In this document: positions 45,095-54,968 of the stretch, in pieces
Layout of the letters: every line of letters begins with the position of its first letter
How positions within the stretch are numbered: the stretch's first letter is position 1
Origin: a virus
Taxonomy: Duplodnaviria; Caudoviricetes
Virus record (IMG/VR): IMGVR_UViG_3300044611_001018
Strand: one strand, 5' to 3'
Length of the DNA stretch: 64,000 bases
Program-made: the position numbers and the translations under genes
The notes under the pieces: model-generated
What the model was told of the DNA's origin: nothing
The model's input: only the letters and a program-made list of their open reading frames with translations
Database searches by the model: none

Positions 45095-46062
45095 ATTTTC
45101 TTCCAAGTGGTAAATTTAAGTTTTGCTTCTAATCCAGAATAAGTATTTAATTCTATCACGGACTTAACATCAAGTCCAGATAAAACCATATCATTAATAT
45201 CTTTTTCTTTTATACTAGAGGGCCAGATGACAATTCTTTCTCCTCGTTCAATGGCACGAGCAATGCGGGAGACGATTTCGGCATTACGTGGTTCGTTATC
45301 ATAGATCCAAACAGGATTGCTAATACCCCACTTACCAAGATCACCATCAGCTCCACAAAGAGCAATCGAGTTTGGAATGAAAGTGGAATCGAACGGACCT
45401 TCGGTGACGTAGATAGTTTTGTCTTTTTGTATTTGATTGAGTCCATAAATTTTTGGGGCATCTTCACTAAGCATCACAGTAATATATTTAACAGAGTTTG
45501 AACCTAAGGATCTTCCCTGGAATCCAATCAAGTTATTATCAGTATCATACATTGGTATAATAATGCGACTTTCATCTCTACCAATGGTGTCGAACGTAAC
45601 TTTTTGAGTGTTAGTCCACTCTTTAAATTTGTCAGTGAAATAAAACTTTTCTGGATTAAGTTTTCTATTTTCTAGATACTCTCTGGCAATTGGAACTTCT
45701 GATGCTTTGGGCAAATCCAGTTTCTTTTTAAATACTGGTTTTGCAAATTCAAATTTAGGTTCTTCTGTTGTAAAATTTTTTCCAGTATGACCTTCTTTAA
45801 ATTTTTCTAAAGTATATTTTTTATAAAGTTCGGAGTCAACCTTTTTTAAGAAGTTATTAAAAGATAAACTAACTCCACAGTTATGGCATTTATAATTTGC
45901 ATTATTCTTTACATTGTAAATATATCCACGCGCCTTAGTTTTGTTCTTTTGAGAATCTCCACAAATTGGACACCTAAAATTATACAGGTCTTTCTTTACA
46001 AACTTAAACTTTTGAAGACGAGGAGCTATTAGGTTAATAAACCTAACGTCAACATAATCCAT
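45091..46062 (-). CDS. gp61: DNA primase
   Basis: RCPICGDS...CHNC Zn finger, TEGPFDS TOPRIM, KDINDM. Confidence 0.96.
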   Translation of the reverse strand: MDYVDVRFINLIAPRLQKFKFVKKDLYNFRCPICGDSQKNKTKARGYIYNVKNNANYKCHNCGVSLSFNNFLKKVDSELYKKYTLEKFKEGHTGKNFTTEEPKFEFAKPVFKKKLDLPKASEVPIAREYLENRKLNPEKFYFTDKFKEWTNTQKVTFDTIGRDESRIIIPMYDTDNNLIGFQGRSLGSNSVKYITVMLSEDAPKIYGLNQIQKDKTIYVTEGPFDSTFIPNSIALCGADGDLGKWGISNPVWIYDNEPRNAEIVSRIARAIERGERIVIWPSSIKEKDINDMVLSGLDVKSVIELNTYSGLEAKLKFTTWKKI

Positions 46063-46248
46063 AACAATTAATTTGAGTTGACCAATACTACCATCCCCAG
46101 AACCTGCTGTCAACCTCCAAATCCATTAAACAGACACTAATAACGCTAGTCCATTTAATGACTGTGTTTGTTAATTCTTGTAGACAGTAAACTGAGTCAA
46201 TATTCTTATGTTGTTTCTTAATCATGGTTCTAACTAAACCATGATTAT

Positions 46249-46659
46249 TTATTTTGTGCGCTCTATTATAACCTGTTGTGGAGCGGTTGGTTTTGGTATA
46301 AATCCGTTGAATAATGTAAGTCCCAAAACAAAAACAGCAAGGACTCCTCCTGCCTGCCATCTAAACTTTGATAACTCATCCAATTTTGTTTGAATTATTT
46401 GAAATCTTTGTTCTATTTCCTGATGCTCTTTATTATTATCTTCCTTCATCTCATCAATCATTTTGATGAGAAGGTCATCATTCTTCATGCTTTGCTCAAT
46501 CCTTTCGTCGTGCTTTGCAAGGATTGTTGCAATGCGAGAATTACCTTCTGAAATTTTATCAACCGCTGCTTCTAACTTTGCTAGCATTTCGCGGGATAAA
46601 TCTTCGTAAATACCGAGTTTAGATTCAAGAACCGCTAATTTTGATTCTTGGGAAAACAT
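46249..46659 (-). CDS. Coiled-coil protein with C-terminal TM
   Basis: Heptad pattern plus hydrophobic C-terminus. Confidence 0.65.
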   Translation of the reverse strand: MFSQESKLAVLESKLGIYEDLSREMLAKLEAAVDKISEGNSRIATILAKHDERIEQSMKNDDLLIKMIDEMKEDNNKEHQEIEQRFQIIQTKLDELSKFRWQAGGVLAVFVLGLTLFNGFIPKPTAPQQVIIERTK

Positions 46660-46660
46660 A

Positions 46661-46861
46661 TTACCTCTTTTTGTTTTTCCTTAAAAATTTACTGTATTCT
46701 TTTGGAAGTCTTCTCATAACTTTAGTTCTTCCATCCATCACAGGGTCAAATCCAGCAACTGTTGTAGGTTCACCTTTTGACGTATATCCACCACTTGTTC
46801 CTGGGGCATTAGCAACCATATTTTCTCGAATAATTTGAATGATTTTATCAAGTGGGTTCAT
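46661..46861 (-). CDS. Small hypothetical protein
   Basis: 66-aa ORF in operon. Confidence 0.55.
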   Translation of the reverse strand: MNPLDKIIQIIRENMVANAPGTSGGYTSKGEPTTVAGFDPVMDGRTKVMRRLPKEYSKFLRKNKKR

Positions 46862-47237
46862 CTTTATAAACCTTCCGTAGTTCTGCTAAACAGTGAATGT
46901 CAACAGGAATATCGTGGATATAAGTTTTAGGATATTCTGGGAGTCTATTCAAAAATATAATAAATGTTTTCATTACATCCCATAAATCCCTTTCTATCTT
47001 ATAAAAGAGCATTGGTGTAGCTGCTTCTCCAAAAATATTATAAAGAATTATAAAATGATTAATCAAAAGATGAGTTTTCAATTGACCACTGTTTCTATAC
47101 CTTTTAAGTAATCTTTTGATATACTTAAAATGATTTAGGTCTTTATCAAAATCATCTTTTGTAACCGCTTGAGGGTTCTCATAATTTTTTATAGCAAATA
47201 ATAAAAAATTATCTTCATTCAATTCAGTAAAATTCAT
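46848..47237 (-). CDS. Conserved T4-like hypothetical protein
   Basis: FLLFAIKNYENP...LLINHFIILYNIFG. Confidence 0.7.
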   Translation of the reverse strand: MNFTELNEDNFLLFAIKNYENPQAVTKDDFDKDLNHFKYIKRLLKRYRNSGQLKTHLLINHFIILYNIFGEAATPMLFYKIERDLWDVMKTFIIFLNRLPEYPKTYIHDIPVDIHCLAELRKVYKDEPT

Positions 47238-47252
47238 ATTTTCAACTATCTA

Positions 47253-48023
47253 TCAAGCAAGTGGATTGCCGTCATAAATTGGAGTATTACCAGTTGTAAT
47301 TCCAGACATTGCAACTAGAGTTTCCTTTTTAACTCTAAGATTGCCGTGTTGGTCAACATAGGTAGTAACACCAACCCATCCACCATGAGTTAATTCATAA
47401 GCAGTTGTTGCTGAACTTTCCAGTCCAGCAGCAGCAACACCGTAAACACTCTTACCATAAGTACCACTTGATCTAGTGATATTTACAGCAGCACCACTTG
47501 CAAGAGAACTTGCAATTGTTGAACCAAAGGATACTGTAGTAGAAGCAATGGAAACAATTACTTTAGAGACACTACCACTTACAAAAGTATCTCCAGCAAT
47601 AATTCCCGCAGTTGATGCGATTGCAACAGTTGCCACGCCAACAGCAGCAGTTGAAGCTACACTTGTTTGAACTACAACTGTGGTCTCCGCAGAGTTACTC
47701 TGCACATTATATTGAGTGTAATTGCTATCAATAACTGTATATTTTGGAAGTTCACTAATATCAAATGCCAATCCAGAAATTGCTGCTCCACTTAAACCAG
47801 CAGTTGATGCAATTGATAGTTGTTGTGTTCCAGCAATACTAACAATTACAGCATCGCCAACATAGGTGCTATCAGTTCTACTACCAAATCTAATTACATT
47901 TCCAGTGGCAGCAGCACCAACTTGACCAAACGTAGTTCCAGAACCAGTAACAACAAGAGTAGCATAATTCAGAGAGACTGTACCCCCTGAAAACTTAGCA
48001 TCATTATTTCCCCAGAGTGCCAT
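47253..48023 (-). CDS. Probable virion structural protein
   Basis: MALWG N-terminus, GWVG...RVKKETLVAM C-terminus; TATAAATA at 48055-48062. Confidence 0.7.
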   Translation of the reverse strand: MALWGNNDAKFSGGTVSLNYATLVVTGSGTTFGQVGAAATGNVIRFGSRTDSTYVGDAVIVSIAGTQQLSIASTAGLSGAAISGLAFDISELPKYTVIDSNYTQYNVQSNSAETTVVVQTSVASTAAVGVATVAIASTAGIIAGDTFVSGSVSKVIVSIASTTVSFGSTIASSLASGAAVNITRSSGTYGKSVYGVAAAGLESSATTAYELTHGGWVGVTTYVDQHGNLRVKKETLVAMSGITTGNTPIYDGNPLA

Positions 48024-48091
48024 GTGATTGCCTAAGATAACTATTTTCTTTTTTTATTTATAAAAACACTGAGGTAGAAAAAAAGGACCTT

Positions 48092-48256
48092 TTATTTTTT
48101 AGGTCCCTTATGAAGAACTACTCTTAAAAAATTTGTAGTCAAATCCAGTAATCCATTTTCTTCAAATCTTTTTGTTTTTGATAACCACTCAGATGTAGTA
48201 AACAATAGACCAAGAATAATGGTTACTCCCCAGTTAGTTACAAAACAAGTAATCAT
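48092..48256 (-). CDS. 54-aa membrane peptide
   Basis: Manual translation MITCFVTNWGVTIILGLLFTTSEWL..., coupled to upstream ORF. Confidence 0.55.
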   Translation of the reverse strand: MITCFVTNWGVTIILGLLFTTSEWLSKTKRFEENGLLDLTTNFLRVVLHKGPKK

Positions 48257-48426
48257 GCTTGTGGTGTAAAGAGTTTATCTTTAACCAATTCATAAACTAC
48301 GTTGTCAATACTATTATCTGTACTATCAACGTACTTCTTGAGCAAGTCTAGAACAAGATTCTTGACCGCTGGATGTGTTGCAATTTGAATTAGAAGTGGT
48401 TTTACCACTGCTACTACTGCGCCCAT
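48253..48426 (-). CDS. Small hypothetical protein
   Basis: MGAVVAVVKPLL...DSTDNSIDN. Confidence 0.55.
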   Translation of the reverse strand: MGAVVAVVKPLLIQIATHPAVKNLVLDLLKKYVDSTDNSIDNVVYELVKDKLFTPQA

Positions 48427-48464
48427 GATGACCTCCGTATGAGAGTATCCTGGCCTATTTAGTA

Positions 48465-50750
48465 TCAATCAAATCTAGAAGACATATTATCTCTTGCTCT
48501 TTGAGCATCAGCACGACGTTTTGCAACTTTTTGTGCGGGAGATGCTGGAGCACCATATTGTCCTGCAGTAGGTGGTTTCTTACCAGGGACTTTCTTTTGT
48601 CCTCTTGGTTGAATAGCACCACCAGCACCCATCCTTCCAGCACCCATGGTTTTGTGCATATGTCTCATTACTTTTGAATGAGTATCATCACCACCCATGG
48701 TTCCACCTTTAGTTACTGGTTTACCAGTTTTATAATCCTTACCCTTTTCTTTTTCATAACGATTTAATTCATCAAGTTCAGTCTCCTCTTGATATGCACT
48801 TTTACGTGTTGCTAAAATTCTTTCTAACTTTGCTTTAGCATTTAAAGTTTGCTGTTGTTCAGTGTCTTTTTGTTTTGGTGACAACGATGATTGTGGATCT
48901 ACTGCTTCTTTTGCCTCAATTTTTTTAGCAATTTTATGTGCTTTTTTAATAGTCGATTTTTCTAGTGGTGGAGTGTCACCAGTTGACTTCATCGCTGCTG
49001 CCATACCGATTGCATAGGGTTCTCTTGCTGCTTCAGGAACACAATTAGGAACCTCTTTACCATTTTTAATTTTTGTTCCTCTAGCAACTTTACCAGGCCA
49101 ACACTTACTAGCACCGACATTTTTACGTGCTTGTGCAAGATCTTCATCAACTACATCACCTTCTGGTTCAAAAGATGATTTTTGAAGATGTGCTGCTGCT
49201 TTATATGCAGGGTTGCCTGACTTAAAGTTTTGCCATGCTTTAGTATTTCCAGTCTTATCTGCTTTGGTAACAACCATTCGGGTATCTTTTGGTTCCTTTT
49301 TTTGACCCCCATAAACGGCTTCATCCATCTCATAAGAATTTTTAAGGACTTTGTGTGCTGCTTGTGCTGCTTTTGCAGTTGCCTTTACACCAGATGCTAC
49401 TCCTTTACCAAATTCAGATGCACCCTTCGCTGCAACTTTTACTGCCTTACCAGCAGTTGCGGTTGCCGCTTTATGGCGCTCCATACCTTGCTGATATGCC
49501 TTAACAGCACCAAGAACACCTCTAGCAATCCTATCCTTTAAAGGTTTTTTAGCAGGTTGTTGCTTTTTGGCACTTGCAACAGCAGATTGTCTTTGCAGTG
49601 CTGCCTTCATTCCCGATGGTTTTGAAGAAGATGCCTTCGATTCAGAATCTTTTCTTGCTTGCTTTTCTTTACGAAGTCTAGCAATAGCAGCAGTTTTTGC
49701 ACCACCTTTAAGAGAACCTACAGATTTACCAGCTTTGGTTTTTGGTTCTACTCTTACCCCACCTGCTCTTGCTTCAGTAAGGATATATTCTTCAGACAAT
49801 TCAAATACAAATTGGACAAAATCTTCGATACCAAGTTCTTCAATTAAAATATCTACTCCAGTAGAATTTAATCCTTCTTGATAAAAATACTCTGATGCAA
49901 TATCAACAGATTCTAAAATACTTTCTTCTTTTAATTGTGGATTAATTACAATTTTATTATTTACATTTTTCTCTGAAATTTTTTTAACATCACCATTTTT
50001 GGAATTTTGAATGACTTCATGAAGTTCATTTCTCCAATCTGAAAATTCTTCAAATGATTCTTTTCTTACTTTTTTATTTCTAGTGTCTTGCCCATTAGGA
50101 GTTCCACCAGTTGCTCTTTGAATAGCATTATGAACTGCTCCTGCATGTTCTTTACTTCCACTTTCAATCTTACCATCCCCATCATAATCCTTCTTTGCCT
50201 TTTTGCCACCTGGTTTATGTTGAAGAGCAGCAGCAGTTTGTTCACCCTTTTTCTTTTCACCCTCATATGGACTACCATATGAAGTTCCAGTTACAGATTG
50301 AATTTGAGGATTGGATCTCAGTTGATGAATTTTTGTTCTAGAAGCATATCTACGATATGGTTTTCCATATCCTTTTGCTGGAGTAACTAAAACTTTTTGC
50401 TTATCTTCTTCTTCAATTTGATCAACTTCTTCTTTAACTCCACCACTAAAAAGCATTGCCTTTGCAGCATCCTTAACTGGAGCTGATGCACTAGAATTTT
50501 GAAGTGCTTGAGTAAACGCTCTCTCTAAAGGAATACCTTCTCGTCTTGCCTTGTATCTTGTATCGTATGCAAGTTGTCTTGCTTGCTTTTTAATATTGTC
50601 TTCCCCGCCACCACCAGCAGCATCCTTTTTATCACCACCAGATCCGCTGGAAGATGCAGATGATTTGCCTAATTGAGGTTTAATTTTTGCTTCCATCTCA
50701 GTCAAGTAAACTTGATGGAGGTCTGTGATGATATGCTGTAGTTTTGCCAT
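48465..50750 (-). CDS. Large low-complexity late protein, probable internal head protein
   Basis: Alternating acidic EE and Lys/Ala segments; KKDYDGDGKIES. Confidence 0.6.
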   Translation of the reverse strand: MAKLQHIITDLHQVYLTEMEAKIKPQLGKSSASSSGSGGDKKDAAGGGGEDNIKKQARQLAYDTRYKARREGIPLERAFTQALQNSSASAPVKDAAKAMLFSGGVKEEVDQIEEEDKQKVLVTPAKGYGKPYRRYASRTKIHQLRSNPQIQSVTGTSYGSPYEGEKKKGEQTAAALQHKPGGKKAKKDYDGDGKIESGSKEHAGAVHNAIQRATGGTPNGQDTRNKKVRKESFEEFSDWRNELHEVIQNSKNGDVKKISEKNVNNKIVINPQLKEESILESVDIASEYFYQEGLNSTGVDILIEELGIEDFVQFVFELSEEYILTEARAGGVRVEPKTKAGKSVGSLKGGAKTAAIARLRKEKQARKDSESKASSSKPSGMKAALQRQSAVASAKKQQPAKKPLKDRIARGVLGAVKAYQQGMERHKAATATAGKAVKVAAKGASEFGKGVASGVKATAKAAQAAHKVLKNSYEMDEAVYGGQKKEPKDTRMVVTKADKTGNTKAWQNFKSGNPAYKAAAHLQKSSFEPEGDVVDEDLAQARKNVGASKCWPGKVARGTKIKNGKEVPNCVPEAAREPYAIGMAAAMKSTGDTPPLEKSTIKKAHKIAKKIEAKEAVDPQSSLSPKQKDTEQQQTLNAKAKLERILATRKSAYQEETELDELNRYEKEKGKDYKTGKPVTKGGTMGGDDTHSKVMRHMHKTMGAGRMGAGGAIQPRGQKKVPGKKPPTAGQYGAPASPAQKVAKRRADAQRARDNMSSRFD

Positions 50751-50762
50751 TACTCTAATTAG

Positions 50763-51374
50763 TTAATGCTTATTTTTTGCCTTGTATTTATTTATGAAAT
50801 TTCTAATTTTCTTTGTATTAGTCATTCTCATAACATATTCCCTAAAAGCATCAGTCCCAACCTCCCTTTGAGTTGCAGGAACTCCAGATACTTCTGTCCA
50901 CTCTTTTACATCCCTAATCCAAGACTTAAACATTTGTTCATCTTCAGTTACACAAATTAAATGATTGGTTCCTCTACGAACAATCTTACCAATCATTCCA
51001 GTTTTTATATTTTGAACAAAAGTATGTTCGTTAAAAATTTCTCCAGCAATATATCTTTCTCTAAGTTCACGTTCTTGATTCCTATCAATTGATTCTGCTG
51101 GATTAATTTTAACAGTATTCTTCTTTCTAAAACTTGGATTTTGTGTGGCGACTGGTCTTTGATTTGCTGCTGTTCTAACTTGTGCAGGGTCTTGTCCACC
51201 AACTACTTGATTTTGATTATAAAACTTTAATCGACCACCGACATTTTTTGCAATAAACTCTCCAGTATTTTTATCATGATATCCACCATGACCATCTGGC
51301 ACAAGACCTAATCTCCTGCCATGAATAGTGGCAAGAGATTTAGACTCATTTACAAACTGAGAGAATGTTTTCAT
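50763..51374 (-). CDS. Relative of cyanophage cytidylyltransferase lacking the catalytic core
   Basis: LGL..DGHGGY N-module and LRERY..GEIF...NHLICVTE C-module; no HxGH motif. Confidence 0.55.
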   Translation of the reverse strand: MKTFSQFVNESKSLATIHGRRLGLVPDGHGGYHDKNTGEFIAKNVGGRLKFYNQNQVVGGQDPAQVRTAANQRPVATQNPSFRKKNTVKINPAESIDRNQERELRERYIAGEIFNEHTFVQNIKTGMIGKIVRRGTNHLICVTEDEQMFKSWIRDVKEWTEVSGVPATQREVGTDAFREYVMRMTNTKKIRNFINKYKAKNKH

Positions 51375-51404
51375 AATTGTTTTAATATACAAATATTTAT
51401 CAAA

Positions 51405-52487
51405 TCAAATTTCCTTGTCTCTACGTTTTGTGATGTACCCGCGAGTCCAAATACCCCCGCGCACACCATATATAGACCTCGACTTTATTTTAATTCTACG
51501 AGATCTTTCTCCACCACGAGCACCAAGAACTGGTTCATAATCCCCCTGCAGCGAAGTAAGATTTCCTTTTCTGACTGTCTTAGTAGTAAATCTCAAACTT
51601 ATAATTTTACCATTAGATGTAAAGTTTGGTCTACCTTGAACAAAAAAGTCTACACTATCATGCCCAGAAGATCTAGAGTAATCTTTACCAAAAACAGATT
51701 GTTTTTTTAGATTATTATCTTGTATTTCTCGCCAAACAGATGCATAGTCCTTTTTATAAGTATCCCAGTTATCAACTACAACTTTTTTAAAGTCTTCAAC
51801 CTCCGAATTGTTGACGATATCTGTTCCTGCTCTTTCTGTTATACCTCCATATTGTTGGAAATCAGTAGCAGTATCTCCTTTCTTATAAGACAAGAATCCT
51901 ATCTCATTTCCATCATAATCTACAATAACAAAGTCTGCTTTTCTAGTTCCTATTCCACCAACAAATCCAGCAACATTAAAGTAGTACTTATTCCTAATTC
52001 TTAAAGTAACTGGCATGTTGTTACCAAGTTCTTGAATCTTTTGGTTGATATTTTTTAAAACTTCTACCTCTGTTCTATCTCTAGGAGTTCTTTTTAAACC
52101 TGGATGTTTTTTAAAGACTTCTTGAAGTAAACTATTCCAAATAAAATGATTTATAAAATCTCTACCATTAGAATACTTAAAAAATATTCTAATTCCCTTT
52201 TCCTTTTTACCAATTTTATAATAGTTATCAATATAAATTGCTTTAAATGTAGACCCTCTTATTTTATCCTCACGAAAAGGGATATTAAGATCCTTTAAAA
52301 CATCATCAACAAGTTCAAATGTTGATACTCTATCATCTGCTCTTACAACAATTCTTGCATATTCTACAGAATTTTTTATTGTTGGAAATTGGTCCTTTAC
52401 AAGTTTTATTTTACCATCGGAAATTTTGTCACTCAGGAGTCGATATATGGTATCCGCAGTATAATTTCCTGGATTACTTTGTGCCAT
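51405..52487 (-). CDS. AT-rich protein with PD-(D/E)xK nuclease-like motif
   Basis: KADFVIVD...FLSYKK...FQQY. Confidence 0.45.
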   Translation of the reverse strand: MAQSNPGNYTADTIYRLLSDKISDGKIKLVKDQFPTIKNSVEYARIVVRADDRVSTFELVDDVLKDLNIPFREDKIRGSTFKAIYIDNYYKIGKKEKGIRIFFKYSNGRDFINHFIWNSLLQEVFKKHPGLKRTPRDRTEVEVLKNINQKIQELGNNMPVTLRIRNKYYFNVAGFVGGIGTRKADFVIVDYDGNEIGFLSYKKGDTATDFQQYGGITERAGTDIVNNSEVEDFKKVVVDNWDTYKKDYASVWREIQDNNLKKQSVFGKDYSRSSGHDSVDFFVQGRPNFTSNGKIISLRFTTKTVRKGNLTSLQGDYEPVLGARGGERSRRIKIKSRSIYGVRGGIWTRGYITKRRDKEI

Positions 52488-52515
52488 CTAAAAGAATGGA
52501 TTTTTTTTATTTAGA

Positions 52516-52598
52516 TACCCAGTATAGGACTTGAACCTACACACCATAAAGATAACAGGACCTAAACCTGTCGCGTCTACCAATTCCGCCAACTGGGC
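52516..52598 (-). tRNA. tRNA-Leu(TAG)
   Basis: Long variable arm, ACAGG-TTTAGGT-CCTGT. Confidence 0.93.
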
Positions 52599-52599
52599 A

Positions 52600-53232
52600 T
52601 TATAAAAATCCAACAGAATAATCTTTATCTGTAATATAATCTATACACAGAACAGTTCTGCAAGATTTCATTTTATTCTCAACTCTATGTTTTGACATAG
52701 GGTGAAATATATAGAATGATTGGTTGATAAAAGATTTAGTCTCAACCTCACCATTATCATCCATTATTTGTATTATAGCATCATCTGGGTCATTTGGGTC
52801 AATGTCCAACCCCCAAATAATTCTAAGTAATTTAACACCTGGAATATAATCTTGATCAATATGCCAATTTAAAAACTGTCCAGGGTCTAATGCATTAATT
52901 GCACAAGCATCAGTCAATCCAACTTCTAACAAAACACTCGTCAAGAAGGGTAACGCTGAGGTATTAAAAACCACAGGTGTTCTTTCAGCAAAAAGAGGCG
53001 CAAGATGCCAACCAAATTTAGAAGAATTTCTTTTTTCTGCAGAAAAATAAGAGGAATATCCAATAGGATATCCTCTATTTTGTTTTTTAATATATTCGTT
53101 TTGCTGTTCAGTAAAATCTCTAAATTCTAACCTATTGAAGTTATTCCTATACTCTTCTAAAATTTTATTATAATTATCATTTAAAAGAGATAACTTTGGG
53201 TGAATATCTTGATAGGATAAAAATTTAGACAT
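52600..53232 (-). CDS. AspH-like 2OG oxygenase
   Basis: WHLAPL, INALDPG, WHID, KHRVEN...RTVL. Confidence 0.72.
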   Translation of the reverse strand: MSKFLSYQDIHPKLSLLNDNYNKILEEYRNNFNRLEFRDFTEQQNEYIKKQNRGYPIGYSSYFSAEKRNSSKFGWHLAPLFAERTPVVFNTSALPFLTSVLLEVGLTDACAINALDPGQFLNWHIDQDYIPGVKLLRIIWGLDIDPNDPDDAIIQIMDDNGEVETKSFINQSFYIFHPMSKHRVENKMKSCRTVLCIDYITDKDYSVGFL

Positions 53233-53236
53233 ACAT

Positions 53237-53710
53237 TCAAAGATCGCCTTCTACACGATTCTCTGAGCGATACACATCAAAAGCACCTTCAGGATAACGA
53301 GCACTTAATTTTTCATAATTCATTTGAAGAATCTCATCAAAATTAGTGCCTAGTGCCATACACGCTTGGGCAATATACCAACAAATATCTCCAAGTTCTC
53401 GCTTCATATGAAAAATACTTTCATCATTATACGATTTACCCTGAAGGAAAATTTTCTTCACAACTTCGGTAAATTCACCTGCTTCTGCAGTCATACCAAG
53501 AGCGGCAGTTAGAAGCCTAGGAACATCTGCATCAGTTGATGCTTCAAGTTCAGTGAGGCGGGACAGAAGATTTGATAGTTCGCTACTTGCAGGACTAGTA
53601 GTTTGACGAACAAAATCAATATACTTATTACTATCAATAACTTTATTTTCTTTCATAGTAAACTCAAGAGAACCATCAGTGTTTTCTTTTTTTGAGATTG
53701 TGAGTGTCAT
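53237..53710 (-). CDS. mazG: MazG nucleotide pyrophosphohydrolase
   Basis: AEAGEFTEVVKK, RELGDICWY, NYEKLSARY. Confidence 0.93.
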   Translation of the reverse strand: MTLTISKKENTDGSLEFTMKENKVIDSNKYIDFVRQTTSPASSELSNLLSRLTELEASTDADVPRLLTAALGMTAEAGEFTEVVKKIFLQGKSYNDESIFHMKRELGDICWYIAQACMALGTNFDEILQMNYEKLSARYPEGAFDVYRSENRVEGDL

Positions 53711-53744
53711 GTTTAATTAAGATACGAATACAGTTTATCAAAAA

Positions 53745-54968
53745 TCAGGAATTTTGTCTAGTGTTGCCATAATGTATTACGGTAACCTCACTGGATTTAA
53801 ACTTTCTCCAAGGGTCAACCACAATACTTCCTTTAGGTACGTCACAGTATAATTCATCACTTTCTGGAGCGTCCCAATATTTGTATGTAGTTGTTGCACT
53901 GTGCGCTAGTAGAAATACTGCAGGACTTTGTGGTTGATAATTGTCTCCAGTACAACTATCAACATATGTTGGAGATTTACCAAATTCTTCACAATAATGA
54001 CCAACTAACAAACTATAACTTCCATCAAGATGCGATACTCTTGGTTTATAAGATTTTCCATGAATGATAATTGGAAGATTATATTTGTTAGACAATTCAA
54101 CAAGGTATTTTGCTAAGTTTTTAGCTTGACCTTCTCTAGAACCCATAACAGATTCAAAAATATCATATCCAAGGTTTAATTTTTTAGACAGATATCTAAG
54201 AGCAATATTATCTCTTGGGTGACATGCACCACCATCACCCATCCCAGCAGTCATATAAGATGAGTTAATAATTCTTGTTCCTGCAGAACAGAGAGCATTT
54301 GTTACAATATCTACGTTAATATTTCCTTGGCGCATCGCAACATCTTGAATCATATTAACAAATCCAATTTTGGTGCTGATAAAAGTATTGTAAAAAACTT
54401 TAATACATTCACATTCATCCCAAGTTCCTACAAAATATTTTGGAGAATTTTCCATGATTGTTTTGTAAAACTTGATAAGTTCTTTAGCATCTCCTGTTGT
54501 ATTTCCATCTTCTGTACCAATCATAACCATTTCAGGATTTACCATATCCCAACCAACTGTTCCCATGGCGATAAGATAGGGATTATAAACAAATCTTGCA
54601 TTTGTCATTAATGGTTTGAACTGTTCTCTTGTTGTTCCAGGAAGAACTGTAGAAATTAAAACCACCAACTGCCCATTTGCTACAGAATTTACTTGACTGA
54701 GGCATTGTTTGACAATTGAATAATCAAAGTCTTTTGGTTCCAAGTGCATTGATGGTGTACTTCCATCATAATCTGGTTCATGTGGAGTTGGAACAGCAAC
54801 AAAGATAATTTTACTTTTTTTAACTACTTCTTCTATAGAAGAACAGATATTAATTAAATTACTTTTTTTAAATTCAATATCATATCCATAAACATTATGA
54901 TTTTTAGCAGCAATCTCTGCTGCACATGGAAGACCCAATTTACCAAGCCCAATAAACCCAATGTTCAT
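53745..54968 (-). CDS. UDP-glucose/GDP-mannose dehydrogenase family
   Basis: GLGKLG, VAVPTP, YNPY, KVFYN, GDGGACHPRD. Confidence 0.9.
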   Translation of the reverse strand: MNIGFIGLGKLGLPCAAEIAAKNHNVYGYDIEFKKSNLINICSSIEEVVKKSKIIFVAVPTPHEPDYDGSTPSMHLEPKDFDYSIVKQCLSQVNSVANGQLVVLISTVLPGTTREQFKPLMTNARFVYNPYLIAMGTVGWDMVNPEMVMIGTEDGNTTGDAKELIKFYKTIMENSPKYFVGTWDECECIKVFYNTFISTKIGFVNMIQDVAMRQGNINVDIVTNALCSAGTRIINSSYMTAGMGDGGACHPRDNIALRYLSKKLNLGYDIFESVMGSREGQAKNLAKYLVELSNKYNLPIIIHGKSYKPRVSHLDGSYSLLVGHYCEEFGKSPTYVDSCTGDNYQPQSPAVFLLAHSATTTYKYWDAPESDELYCDVPKGSIVVDPWRKFKSSEVTVIHYGNTRQNS

